A stretch of 63,819 bases of DNA, filler included, from Vannella sp. (GCA_023345925.1; 6 parts of 6 records of this genome joined end to end with filler, not necessarily neighbours in it), one strand, 5' to 3'; positions 12,132 to 22,903 are shown, counted from the whole stretch's first letter. Translations and numbers: made by a program. The notes: a model not told the origin generated them from the letters alone.

Positions 12132-12328
12132 ACGACAGGTACTTCTGGGACTCGTTCGAAGGTGAGAGGAGAAACCGAGACCGGCTGTGGGCCCTTCCAC
12201 GGGACCGTTCAGGGTGTAAGTTGGCCATTCTTGAAACCAAGACCGAGTTGACCTGCGCCGTTGTCTCCAAAAGCCAAAAGGGGGGCCCCTTCCAGGGAGA
12301 GGAGGAGCGTGTGGCTGCCAAAGGGCAT
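11960..12328 (-). pseudogene. Decayed RCC1-repeat gene 5' fragment
   Basis: ATG 12328 gives MPFGSHTLLLSLEGGPLLAFGDNGAGQLGLGFKNGQLTP* (TGA 12209-12211), paralogous to MPFGNHTLLLSAGGGLFAFGDNYEGQLGLG at 51431; deletions and a frameshift follow. Confidence 0.75.
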
Positions 12329-12534
12329 TCCAATGAATGGGGGAAAGGGAAAGGAATAGGTTGTGCAGGAACCGGAACCACATCTTTCAGGTTTGTCAGG
12401 AAACGGAAATCGAAAAAATCCTTTGGCCGAAAATTCCTTTTTTCATTTCCTGGAAATTGAGAATCTTCTGGAGAGTTTTCTGTGTTCGTTCCTATCCTTG
12501 TTGGGACGTTCTCTCAGAATCATTTGCTCATCCC

Positions 12535-13179
12535 ATGAAGTTCTTGGCGGTTTTCTGCCTTCTTGTTGCCCTGGCCACTTCCCAGACTTGCCCTCCTGGG
12601 AATCAGGATCCCGCCTTCCCTCTTTGCGTTGACGCCACCAATCTGAACCTCGATGTCTGGACCAAGATTGAGTCATCAGAAACTGGGAGGTGCTTGAAAG
12701 CAACGTTCGAAGCCGGTGACTCTTCCACTGACGACGTGTTCATCTTCGCCGCCCGCCCTGTTGATGGTGGCAACGTCACAGGAGTCTTCAGTAACGCTTA
12801 CAACAGTAACTCAACCGCCCCAGTAGCCTGTCTTGACCTCAGCGTCTTGAATTCAACCCAAGTGGAGGAAGATGACTCCGTCTACCAGTGCTTGAGCACC
12901 TCTTCCGTAGGAACTGCAGTAGATGGCTTCTTCTACGTGACAGTTTTTGGTGGCTCTGCCGATGTAGAAGTCCTTGCTGGCTTTGCAGAAGGCACCACGA
13001 ATGAATGTTCCGCTTCCTTCATCTCCTCCGCCGCTTCCGCCGGCAGCTGGCTCGCCTGGATTGCCATTCTCCTCGTCTGTCTTCTCGTCCTCATCCTCTT
13101 CATCACAGTCATCGCTGCCATAATCCTCTTCTTCATCAAGAAGTCGAAGAACAAGTACCACATGTACGACGACGCATAA
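12535..13179 (+). CDS. Type I single-pass cell-surface protein
   Basis: Signal peptide MKFLAVFCLLVALATS, Cys-containing ectodomain with N-glycosylation sequons, long TM helix, basic stop-transfer KKSKNK and Tyr-containing tail. Confidence 0.8.
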   Translation: MKFLAVFCLLVALATSQTCPPGNQDPAFPLCVDATNLNLDVWTKIESSETGRCLKATFEAGDSSTDDVFIFAARPVDGGNVTGVFSNAYNSNSTAPVACLDLSVLNSTQVEEDDSVYQCLSTSSVGTAVDGFFYVTVFGGSADVEVLAGFAEGTTNECSASFISSAASAGSWLAWIAILLVCLLVLILFITVIAAIILFFIKKSKNKYHMYDDA

Positions 13180-13268
13180 TGGCTCATAAAGGCCAGTCCC
13201 ACTGCCACCATCGCTGCATTCCTCTTACAGAAGGCTTTTGATTGGTTTCTGGTTCATTTTTTGGGAAG

Positions 13269-14591
13269 ATGGGATGGAGGGAGTCGCTGGAGCTAAGTCA
13301 GAGGTGCTCTGGGTCGAGTGTTTGGACTATCTTGTGGCGGAGGGGGAGGAGGTGGTCGTTGAATGTGTTGGGTGCGTGGTGGACTGCTCTGACGGGGAGG
13401 CGGCTGGACATTTCCCCGTCGGCAGTGTTCGCCTTCTCGGGCGCAACGGAAGAGCAGCTGGTAAAGGCCTTCCCACCTGCTACCAGACGCTTGTTTGAGT
13501 GTCTTGCTCGCTGTTGGAATGAAGATCCCTGCTTGGCACTGTCTGGGCGCCTTCTGCTGAGAGATTACTACTCCGACATCATCCAAACTCGCCTTCGCAT
13601 CCTTGCAGTGGCCGAGAGAGAACTCATGGACACGCCATTGAGTGCCTCAGGTCTTAATCGTCCTCTTTTTATTGTTGGATGGCCTCGGGTGGGCAGCACT
13701 TTCCTTCACAAGCTCCTAGCTTGCGACCCTTTGGCCAAGTGTCCTCCTCTCTATCAAGTAGTCAATCCTGCTCCCTTTAGAACTGCAGTGATAGATGCAG
13801 ATGCTCACAAGCTTCTCATTCAACAGACCCAGCTCTCGATAGATAGCTTCTTCGATCTAGAACCTGCCTTGTTCATGCTTCACGAGATGAATGCGGCTGA
13901 CGCTGACGAATGTTGCCATCTATTTGAGCAGAGCTGGTTAGACAGGCACTCCCCTATAGTTTCTGGGAATATGCAAGCTTATTGGGAACTGCTGTCAAGC
14001 TTAACGGAAGAAGAGCAGTCCGAAATCTATCAATTCTATCGATTGACTTTGCAAGTGATGGCTCATTGCTATCAAGACGCTCCTCCTTCCCATCATATAT
14101 TGAAAGATGCTACTCATCACCTCTTTATTGGGGCAATACTTAAGACATTCCCGGATGCCAATGTGCTTCTGTTAAGCCGACGTCCTGCGCCAGTGGCCAT
14201 GTCATGCCTCTCTGGGATGAGTCTTGTTGCTCGCTTTTATTACAGACCTCAGGATGTCAATGATGCAGGCATTGCTACTCGGACTATCCAATGGATGAAA
14301 CAGTCTCGGGCCCAGAGCCAGGCCGACCGAATGAAATACCTGCAAGTCACTTCCACTTCTGGCCGGGATCCTTTTTACGAGATGAATTTTGAAGATCTCA
14401 TCGCTAATCCCATCCTAACGGTCCGTAATCTTTATGAAAAGCTGGGATATCAATTCACTCCCGCCTTTGAGTCTGAAATGGAGTCTTTCTTGGTGACTTA
14501 CGAAGCCTTTCGCCACTCCAAGCCCTCTTTTCAACATCAGATTGCTCCGTTTGGCATGTCACGCGAAGAACTGGACCATGTACTCTCTTAA
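13269..14591 (+). CDS. Sulfotransferase family protein (P-loop, Sulfotransfer_3-like)
   Basis: RPLFIVGWPRVGSTFLHKLLACDP (5'-PSB loop), ADECCHLF, HILKDATHHL..FPDA..LLSRRP, FEDLIANP..TVRNLYEKLG. Start codon uncertain. Confidence 0.85.
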   Translation: MGWRESLELSQRCSGSSVWTILWRRGRRWSLNVLGAWWTALTGRRLDISPSAVFAFSGATEEQLVKAFPPATRRLFECLARCWNEDPCLALSGRLLLRDYYSDIIQTRLRILAVAERELMDTPLSASGLNRPLFIVGWPRVGSTFLHKLLACDPLAKCPPLYQVVNPAPFRTAVIDADAHKLLIQQTQLSIDSFFDLEPALFMLHEMNAADADECCHLFEQSWLDRHSPIVSGNMQAYWELLSSLTEEEQSEIYQFYRLTLQVMAHCYQDAPPSHHILKDATHHLFIGAILKTFPDANVLLLSRRPAPVAMSCLSGMSLVARFYYRPQDVNDAGIATRTIQWMKQSRAQSQADRMKYLQVTSTSGRDPFYEMNFEDLIANPILTVRNLYEKLGYQFTPAFESEMESFLVTYEAFRHSKPSFQHQIAPFGMSREELDHVLS

Positions 14592-14627
14592 AAGGATTGA
14601 TTCACGAGGTTTATCGACTCCCCCCTC

Positions 14628-15906
14628 TTAGTTCTTGCGGTAGCCTCCCTGCTTCTCGGGCAAGTAAGCTCGTTGTTCGTGGAGCTCACGTTCAATCCAC
14701 CAAAGGGCACCGTGGGCACAACCGGGGCGGCTCTTGACCTCGTCCAAGAATGCTTCCGCTTCAGACAACTTGGCGGAGGCTTGGTTGAGCGATTCCTCAG
14801 CGCGACCCTTGGCGACAGCAGATGCCTCGCGATCCTTCTCAGCTGCCTTACGAGCAGAAGTAGCATCAGCAGCAGCTCTTTCAGCCTCAGCTCGTGCAGC
14901 TGTGGCATTGTTGGCGGCAGCCTCAGCCTCAGTGCGAGCAGCGGATGCTGCCTGCAAGGCTCGGTCAGCACGCTTGACAGCAGCCTCTTGGGTGATCTTG
15001 GCCTTGCGGAGAGGAAGAGGGTCCTCAGCAAGGTGTTGAGCGAGCTCAGCCTTGGCCTTGTTGCGGGACACAACGCCCCCCTCCTCGCTCTTTCGCTCCA
15101 AATCAGACTTCTTGCTGTTGTAAGCCTCTTCTTGGGCGTGAAGCTCGCTCAGGGCAGCTTCCAACTCAGCTTGAGCAGCTCGCGCCTCCTCTTCTGCATC
15201 CTTTGCGTTTGCAGCGGCAGTCTTGGACTCGCTCTCCTTCTGCTTGCTCTTCTCTGCAGCTTCGTTGGACTCTCTCTCACGTTGGCTAGCCTTAGCTTCA
15301 CTCGCTTCGGCCTCTCGAAGAGCTTGAGCAGCGGCAGCAGCAGCCTTCTGACTCTCCTGGAACGCTGCCGTCACCTCAGCGAGCATCTGCTGAGCCTTCT
15401 CAATCTCCTTGCTGTTGTCTCCCTGAGAGGCGTTGACAAGGACATGCCAGTCTGCGTTGTACTTGAACAGCAAATAATGCGTGAGGGGAACGCGCTTTGG
15501 TCTCTCACTCTCTCCAATAGCTCCAGTACTTCTCAGCTTGGCGCGAAGTTCACGAACCGTCAAGCTACATGGTAGAGGGTCAGAGGAAACGGTTCACGAG
15601 AGAGGGAAGACTCACGTCTCAGCGAAGCGCTCCAAAAAGACGTGAGCGTTCATCTCGTCCAGGCCAGCACCTTCCCCGTGGTTCTCAAGGTCAATCTCAG
15701 CACACTTGTTGACATAAGCCCACAACTGCTCCGCCTCTTTCTGAGCAAACTCATCTTCGTGGTCGTCAGTTCCTCCAAAGCCACTTTCTCCCTTTCTTCC
15801 ACTTACCCCAGAAGGAGTTGAGGAACCAGATAGCCTGACTCTTGTAGGTCATCTCACAGAGGCTGTGAAGCTTCTCGAGGTCATTGGCGCCGGCGAGCTT
15901 GGCCAT
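14628..15906 (-). CDS. ABP34-like (34-kDa calcium-regulated actin-bundling protein family) / 'TolA-like' Ala-rich coiled-coil protein, 3 exons
   Basis: Spliced: YKSQAIWFLNSFW, LDEMNAHVFLE, LTVRELR...VPLTHYLLFKY, GGVVSRNKAKAELAQ, GALWWIERELHEQRAYLP, recalling the Dictyostelium ABP34 N- and C-terminal motifs (QQAVHFLNAYW; GAIWWMNRDL). Confidence 0.75.
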
Positions 15907-15996
15907 GGCAAAGGGCGAACAAAAAGTGATCCGAAAAGGGCCAGTTTATGGAAAGTGTGGTTTCTGTGGTGACCAATTAAGCTCAGCACAGTAGAA

Positions 15997-17690
15997 CTAC
16001 ACCTTCTTGTAGAAGAGCAAGTAAGCCTGCTCTTGTTGGACCTCTTCGGGGGAACTTGGTTTGACGATTCGGTCATTGAACTGAATCCAGTTGCCCTTGA
16101 CACTGCACTGGGCTGTATAGTGGCCAGAAGAGCTCCTATAGAGAGGTGAGTGGGTGCATTGGAGGAGTGACAGGGAAATACCTGGACCCTTTGTGACTGA
16201 CAATGCCGTAGAGCTCGAACTTGGTGCTGCCTCTCTGGTACGTGCAATACTCGCCCAAGTCCAGTTCGAGGGGGATCTCTAGTAAAGAAGCTATCTTTGT
16301 ACGACCTGCTGGCTCCCACCGGAAGCGTTTGATGTGCAAACAGAGAACTCGAGGAGTTGACTTGAGCGAGAACTGTTTCCGGACCCCTTCCTTGGCGTCA
16401 CACTTGTGGCACTGAGGCCAATGGGCTTCTAGCGTCTCTTCTGACATGAAGCTGCGGATGCAGTCCTGCAGAACGACTTCTTTTGTGGATTGAGGAATGT
16501 CAATGGACAGATCCAGGAAGGGTTCGGTGTTTCTCGACGAGGCTCCGCAGTTTTGGCATGTTATCCTACTCAACAGGATGCCCTGGAAGATGTCTTGGAT
16601 CGTAGTTCGCTCCTTCTTGCTTCTGGAAGTCTTGAATTCAGTGTGGAGCTGCTCTAGAAGCGCCCGGAGGAACTCGTGAGCATCCTGCTGCTCAGATCCG
16701 TAGAAGCGCGGTATCACACTCCACATGGAGGTCTGAAAAGAGGAGGCGGAGAGAGTCACAGCATCTCTGAACCAAAGGTCACGGAAAAGGTCCCTCATTT
16801 CAGCAACTAGAGAACTATGGGGCTGCTTGTTAGTGTACACAACGTAAGGGGCACTTGATAACACCCACACTGCTTGGCAAGGAGGGTCCTCGCGTGATTT
16901 CTTCCGAGTTATGCGGGGGAGGAGCGGAACAAGGGCTGCTGACGCTCGGAACTGCTCGACTTTAGGGTCCAACATGGACAAAAATGCAGATCGGAGAGTT
17001 TCTGTGTGGCTGAGGACCTGGAGGATGGCGTTCATGTAACATGTGTTTCCAAGGTTGAGCAGTCCAATCTGCCCTGGCACCCCAACGCGTTGCTTTTTGG
17101 CCAAAGGGAGGTTAACTTGCTCTCTAATCAAGGGTGAGTACACAGCGACACTCACAAGGGCAAGCCTACAGCTCTTTGCGCTTCTTTGTGATGGAGGGAC
17201 CCTTTGCCGAACTCAGACGAGCAGAAGGGGACATGCTGTCCCTTTGATTTACAGTGTAACATGAAAGGAGGTAATTGTACAATATTTGCAAGTCCGTGGA
17301 GGCTGAAGGAGGCACGGACTCCTCACACTGAAAGCAATGGCAAGTGCCCGTCTTCAGTTCTATAGCTAGGGCGTGCTATCCCTTGGAGGTGAGTAACCAT
17401 GGTCTCTCGAGAGAGTAAACAAACCTTGAAGCGAACCCAATGAGCGTGAGCATGAGCTCCTTTATCGCATCCCACATGAGAGCAAGTCAAGCAGACCCAC
17501 ACCTTGCAGTTACTAGATACATCTCTCTTACAATCTAGCATAGAGAAGGTTAGTAGGTGAAAGAAGGACGCGCCCTCAGATTGATCAATCACGAACCAAA
17601 ACAGCACAATGCGGAGCTACTTGTCAGCTTGGACTGCGACTGGAACTTGAGAGATCGAGCAACATGAGGACACTCTCTCCCCGGAGACAT
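15997..17690 (-). CDS. Ubiquitin-specific protease with N-terminal ZnF-UBP (USP3/44/49-like), multi-exon
   Basis: CPHV...VWVCLTCSHVGC..AHAHAH (ZnF-UBP); Cys box GLLNLGNTCYMNAILQVL; QQDAHEFL; His box GIVSHKG..SGHYTA..WIQFND; AYLLFY. Confidence 0.88.
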
Positions 17691-17861
17691 TGGGGACGGG
17701 CCCATCCACCAACAAGAGGACGATAAGAAACTTCCCCCTCTCCACCAATCAGAAGCCTCAGAAAAAATAAGCGACCCGATTTCCTGTTCACTTGGCATTA
17801 ATTTGTGATATTTCGTTGATTTAAATGTGAAATGGATCGATAGATGGGAGGGATGTTGGAG

Positions 17862-18145
17862 TTAAATGTCGAGGTTGAAGAAACGTTCAGCCCATCCCGC
17901 GACAGCCAAACCTAGAGGAGTGTGAGCCGCCAGGGTAGCACATGCGTTGAATGCTGGCGTTAAGAAGGCGAGGAGAAGAGGGCAGGAGGCGTACCTGTTC
18001 TAATACCAATCACCGACGCTGAACAGACAAGGAACGGGGCCAGGATCAACTTGTGGAAGGTGTTGAACAGTCGCCCCAACGAAGAAACCTGTGCGACCAC
18101 CGTCCTGTACTCAACAACCTCTTCGCCGTCCTCCGCAGGGTTCAT
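17862..18145 (-). CDS. Small spliced membrane protein, 66 aa (intron 17912-17994)
   Basis: MNPAEDGEEVVEYRTVVAQVSSLGRLFNTFHKLILAPFLVCSASVIGIRTGLAVAGWAERFFNLDI*; GTACGC...CTAG intron joins the exons in frame. Confidence 0.55.
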
Positions 18146-18230
18146 TGCCAAGAGGAGCCCAGAAAATGGTCCTTTTTCACAACGCCCCAAATTAATTAAA
18201 AGCTTCACTTTTGGGCATTTTTCTTTAACC

Positions 18231-19411
18231 ATGGCCTTTCCGTTGGTCCCGGTTGTTGTGGCGGGCGCTCTTGTGGTTGGAGGGGGGAGTATGGCTGCTG
18301 CTGCAGTGGGAGGAGGTGCCCTTTTGTACAAATACCGGAAGATGAGTCGCCGGAAGCTCTCCAAGACAGCTCAAAGAGGTACGGCGAAGGTCACTGTTTT
18401 GGGAGGTGATTGGCTCATAGAGGGGGCATGGTAGGACTCTTTGGTGGTGTGCTGGATACGGTGGAGGAAAAGTACATCAACGAGAGTACTGGAGTGCCTC
18501 ACCTCATCCACGACGTCTTTGCTCGGATCGAAACTTCTGGACTTTCAACGAAGAGCATCTTCCATGCTGCAGGGCATCTCAGTCGTATTAAGGAGTTGCA
18601 GCACATATACGAACGGGGTGAGCACATCATGGTGGACACGTCTGCAGAGAACATCCACGACCTTTGTGCCGTCGTCATTCAGTACTACCAGAGGCTTCCA
18701 GAGCCATTGTGCACGCTCCTTCTGTACTCTGACTTTATTGATGGGCACCAAAAGAACCAGGCTAATCACAAGGAGTGGGTGGGGAAGATGCAGCGGCTCT
18801 TTGATACTCTTCCAGAGATGAACAAGCGCCTATTCATTCGATCCTTGCAGTTCTTTGATCGAGTAGGTGCTGAGGAAGCGAACCAGGTATCGCACTCTTA
18901 CCTGGCCTACTTGTTGGGTCCGCTGTTCTTCTATGACCAGGCGGAGGAAGGGGAGGACAATCAGATCCGATACGACAGCCAAGTGGTATATGATCTGTTC
19001 ATGCAGCTCCTGTTGAACCACAAAGAGCTCTTCCCCATTCCATTGGAGCAGATGCCACCCTGGAAGAGCCAGCGAGACCTTGACAGTGTCTCTCGCACCA
19101 AAAAGAACCCAAAGCAGGGTTCTGGCAAATCCCAGTTACCCTCGTTCGTCCCTCCTAGTGACGAGGAGGAGCTATCACCTCTTACGAACGCTTCCATGCA
19201 CGGAGAAGAGACGATTCCACCTGCATCCCCGCTGATGGCTTCGCCCAACACCCTCAAGAAGAAGAAGAAGCGTGGCCTTGCAGGGAGCGTCATCGACACT
19301 CTGAAGATCTCCAAGATCAAGCAGCAGTACCTCGGGGAGCTACCAGAGACCGCTCCTCCCAACACAATGCCTGCCAACTACGTGATGCCCGCCAGCTTTA
19401 ATCGCCTTTAA
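18231..19411 (+). CDS. RhoGAP-domain protein with N-terminal hydrophobic anchor (intron 18379-18434)
   Basis: LFGGVL..VPHLI...GLSTKSIFHAAG...IHDLCAVVIQYYQRLPEPL...LPEMNKRL...N...LAYLLGPLFF follows the RhoGAP pattern. Confidence 0.85.
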
Positions 19412-19564
19412 CCGCTCCAAGGCAGCCCATCCATGTCTCACTACTCTTTAAAGTTGATCTATTTGCGGCTGATACAGTACAGGGGGGAGTAGGGCCAGAG
19501 AGAGTAGGCCAGAGGCCAAATGGAGTCGAAGAACACTCTGAGTGACTTGGAAGACGAAACGGTC

Positions 19565-22500
19565 TCAATGGAAGAAGTAGCGACTGGATTTGACTTGTTC
19601 AATGTCCAAAGGACCTCGCTCGGGATACCTTGGAATGACGAGATTGGGGTGGTTCACAGCAATTTGGTTGGTGAGCTCCTCCAGCAAAGGGCGGCTGTGG
19701 AGTTCTACAAAAGCTTGGCGCAGATACAAGTTCATGTGCTCCACTGAGCTTGCATGAGTCCAATAACTGTCGTGGACAGCGGCAAAAGAGATGCCGGAGT
19801 CATGGCACATACGAGCGGTCTTGAACATGTGAGTGGAGTCGAGAGAATGAACATAGTTCGGAGGGAAGGCGGAACGTTGCTTTTGAACCAGGACGGGGAG
19901 ATCATCCGAGTTGTCCGCTAGAATGACGTTTTGGAGCAAAGTCTTCACTTGCAGTCGCCCTGGGCGACGGTAGTGTTGCTCCACGGGGATACCAATGGGG
20001 GTTGTCCACGCCATTGTGGTGCCTGTGCGGCTGACAACACGAGCGGTATCTCCCAACCAAGCCATGATTTGGCGAGCTTGCGTGAACATGGACTGCATCG
20101 CGGCAAAGGTGACTTTGGTCACATAAACGCTGGCGGCAAAAAGTTGGTCGTCTGGAACGGCGGCTTGGTCGTGAAGTTGACCAGCGATCTGTTGTCGCGC
20201 TCCAATGTAAGTTACTCCATAGACGCTTGTCATTACAGTCTGCTTGATGGTCTTACGAATGACTTTACCCAAAAGTGACTGGGCCATGACATCGCCCGTG
20301 ACAGCGTCTTCCTCGATTTGTTTTTGGACAATCTTAAGGACGTGAGTGTAGACGTCTTGTGGCGCATCAGCTGGAAGGAGATTGACACTTTTGCCACCGT
20401 CAATGTCACCTCCCAGGGCAGCATAGTGCTGGAGGCCGTTGCATGAGCCATCCATGTGAATGGGAATATGAGAAACAAACATGCTCGGATCCTTCATACG
20501 CAAGGCATCACGCAGCTCAAAGCAGCAGGCCAGACATTGCCAAGCATCATCCGCTTCCAGCCACCATCTCCCGCCATCGAGAGGGTTCTCAGCGGAATCA
20601 ATGATTTCAGACAAGTGGTCATCTGTGAACTTGATACGGTCCTCGAAAGAGACCTTGTTGACACCACACAGAGCAGCCAGATGAGCCTTGAGCCAGAAGA
20701 GCCCTGTTGTACCCAATGGCCTTCCCTCTGCAAACTCCAAAAGACCTCGGCACAAATCAGATCCCATGTGATTCAAGTGAGGGGGAATGGGATAACAGCG
20801 ACCGCGGAAGTCCATGTTGTGAGGGAAGAAGAAAGCTTCCTCTCCAGCAAGAGTCTCGGCGGTATTCAGTTTCAGAAGAAAGTCACACCGAAGGGAATAC
20901 CGCTCCCGATTCTTCTGATTTGTCTTGTTCCTTTCCAATCTCCATCCTAATCGTGACTCTGCAGAAGTGGTAAAGTCTGCAGGAGGTGTTGGAGACCTGA
21001 TTGATTCTCGACTGGGAATGTAAGGCAGGTTGCCACCCCTTTCCCAGCCCGCTTTGATGATATCAAAGATACGAGCATTGATTCGCCACGGCAGACTGCC
21101 TAAGATAGTGAGGAGCTCGCAAACTTCGTGCAAGTCAGACCCGCGTAGAGTGTCTTCTTGGCTCTGTGAGTACGTGCGCATGATCTTTGTGGGTGCATTG
21201 AGGTATCCACCTCGGCGGTGTCTCGTCCAGGGCACCGGAGTGACATACATAGGTAAAAGCTTGGCATTGAGAACACTGATGGACTCCCGGCACTCTTCAG
21301 GGTCAAGCTGATTAATGATCTCTGGATGGGCCACGATAATCCCTGTTGTTTTCTTCCCAGTCATGTGATGGGAATGCTCAAAAGCGGGAACAGTATCAAG
21401 ATCAAAGAGATTCTCTCCTTGGACAGTGATGGAGGCATTCTCTAAAGTCAAAGCAGCCAGGAAAGAACCAACTTTCAAAGTGGTTTCTTTCGACCATTCA
21501 ACGATCTGGTCCTCTCCCGTAGCGCGCTGAATAGCTTTCATGCGTTGGTGGGTGTTAACGGCTCTTCGTTCAATGTACTTCTTGTTGCTCGATTTAACCT
21601 CGCGTTTGATCTTCGCGTACGCTACCTCTGCCTGTACAGCCTTTCCTATAGACATGCACACGGTTGTGTACGGGGCTCCGTTGAGGTTCATCATCGTGTG
21701 GCTGAGGATCTCGTGCATGGCGATCACAGCAAGCTTGTCTGGAGCCAGCTCAACGACACGACGTTGGTGCTCATCTAGCTTGTCTTCAGCATCAATCTTC
21801 TTTCGGATCAGCTTCTGCTCCTGCTCGATGCGGTTTTGGATCGACCCGAACCAACCGATCATCAACTTCCGCCCTGGAGTGAGTGTGGCAGTTCGACCGA
21901 GTTCGTTAAGTTGCTTGGCACTGTTCCGTAAGGTTCTAGCGCGTTCCTCGACACGTGACTGCTCTGCATCAAGTTGTCGTCGGTAGGGCGAAGAAGGAGG
22001 CTTGTCCTGGTCATGGACAGGGTTGTAAAAGGTTCCATCAGGCCGAGGACAACTTGGAGGAAGCTTCAGACAGACCTTGGGATCCATACTCTTCGGATCA
22101 GAGAGGACGTAAGGGATCTTCGCACTCTCCTTTCGATAGTAACGGTCTGCCAGCAGACGCTCTGGCCTGATCTTGGACTTTTCCAGAGCAGAGATATACT
22201 GAGGGAGGAGAGCAGAGCGGCGATAGCGGATGATTCCGCTGAGAGCGAGGCTGTAAGAGCGCGCCGATCGTCGAATGCCAGCGCGTGCGAAGAGAGGCCA
22301 GACATCCAAGGCTCGGTTGAGGTCTTCCTTGCGAAGCCATGCTTTGATGAGGTCGTTGTACGTGCGAGGTTCCACAGAGAAACTTCGGTCGGCGGAGTAT
22401 CGTTGAAGTATTGCCTCTGCTTCATCGAGCTCTTCACTGATGAGGAGAGACTTGTAGATCTCATGATCAGGTGTCCTTTCGAAGCGCTCTTTTGCCTTGG

Positions 22501-22774
22501 GCTTGGGAGCGGTCGGTTGAGTGGAGGAAGTTTCTTCGGCGACTAGACTTTCGACTGGAGACTCCGTAGGCTCCTCTGTTGTGTTAGAGGTACAAAAATA
22601 TTGATAGGATTGGATCAACGGAGATCCAAAGGCGGAGCTCGCGCGAAGAGAGTGAGAATACGCAGAAGGTGCCGCTCGCAGACTCTCCCGAGTCCAACTC
22701 GGACACACAGAGCCAGCAAGCCTCCCGATCACAGAACGACACCCCGACGCCCCCAAGCGTATCGTTGTTAACAT
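19565..22774 (-). CDS. POLRMT: Mitochondrial T7-phage-type single-subunit RNA polymerase with PPR-like N-terminus
   Basis: PHNMDFRGRCYP, HMDGSCNGLQHYAAL, RKTIKQTVMTSVYGVT, AFPPNYVHSLDSTHM, VHDSYWTH, terminal YFFH; Arg/Ser-rich leader. Confidence 0.97.
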   Translation of the reverse strand: MLTTIRLGASGCRSVIGRLAGSVCPSWTRESLRAAPSAYSHSLRASSAFGSPLIQSYQYFCTSNTTEEPTESPVESLVAEETSSTQPTAPKPKAKERFERTPDHEIYKSLLISEELDEAEAILQRYSADRSFSVEPRTYNDLIKAWLRKEDLNRALDVWPLFARAGIRRSARSYSLALSGIIRYRRSALLPQYISALEKSKIRPERLLADRYYRKESAKIPYVLSDPKSMDPKVCLKLPPSCPRPDGTFYNPVHDQDKPPSSPYRRQLDAEQSRVEERARTLRNSAKQLNELGRTATLTPGRKLMIGWFGSIQNRIEQEQKLIRKKIDAEDKLDEHQRRVVELAPDKLAVIAMHEILSHTMMNLNGAPYTTVCMSIGKAVQAEVAYAKIKREVKSSNKKYIERRAVNTHQRMKAIQRATGEDQIVEWSKETTLKVGSFLAALTLENASITVQGENLFDLDTVPAFEHSHHMTGKKTTGIIVAHPEIINQLDPEECRESISVLNAKLLPMYVTPVPWTRHRRGGYLNAPTKIMRTYSQSQEDTLRGSDLHEVCELLTILGSLPWRINARIFDIIKAGWERGGNLPYIPSRESIRSPTPPADFTTSAESRLGWRLERNKTNQKNRERYSLRCDFLLKLNTAETLAGEEAFFFPHNMDFRGRCYPIPPHLNHMGSDLCRGLLEFAEGRPLGTTGLFWLKAHLAALCGVNKVSFEDRIKFTDDHLSEIIDSAENPLDGGRWWLEADDAWQCLACCFELRDALRMKDPSMFVSHIPIHMDGSCNGLQHYAALGGDIDGGKSVNLLPADAPQDVYTHVLKIVQKQIEEDAVTGDVMAQSLLGKVIRKTIKQTVMTSVYGVTYIGARQQIAGQLHDQAAVPDDQLFAASVYVTKVTFAAMQSMFTQARQIMAWLGDTARVVSRTGTTMAWTTPIGIPVEQHYRRPGRLQVKTLLQNVILADNSDDLPVLVQKQRSAFPPNYVHSLDSTHMFKTARMCHDSGISFAAVHDSYWTHASSVEHMNLYLRQAFVELHSRPLLEELTNQIAVNHPNLVIPRYPERGPLDIEQVKSSRYFFH

Positions 22775-22903
22775 TCCCACGAGTCCCTCGCCACTCACAG
22801 GCCCTCGTCAAGAAGCCGAGGCCAACAACGAATAAGAAGCTGTTTCCAGGAATCCCTTCCTCAAACCATTAGAAAGCAAATACAGTAAATTAGTGTTCTT
22901 TTG

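Noticed and set aside
12209..12211. In-frame TGA (and TAA near 26047) as evidence of stop-codon reassignment
   Set aside because: Both lie in fragments that also have frameshifts and deletions; conserved genes end in TAA, TAG and TGA and have no internal stops.
14673..15575. Long antisense ORFs (also 5..232, 29433..29951, 43073..43723, 44054..44653, 51653..52357)
   Set aside because: They are shadows of codon-biased or repetitive genes on the opposite strand.
19565..22774. T7-like RNA polymerase as a phage or viral insertion
   Set aside because: It has a mitochondrial-type leader and PPR-like region and sits among eukaryotic genes; this is the ordinary nuclear-encoded mitochondrial enzyme.
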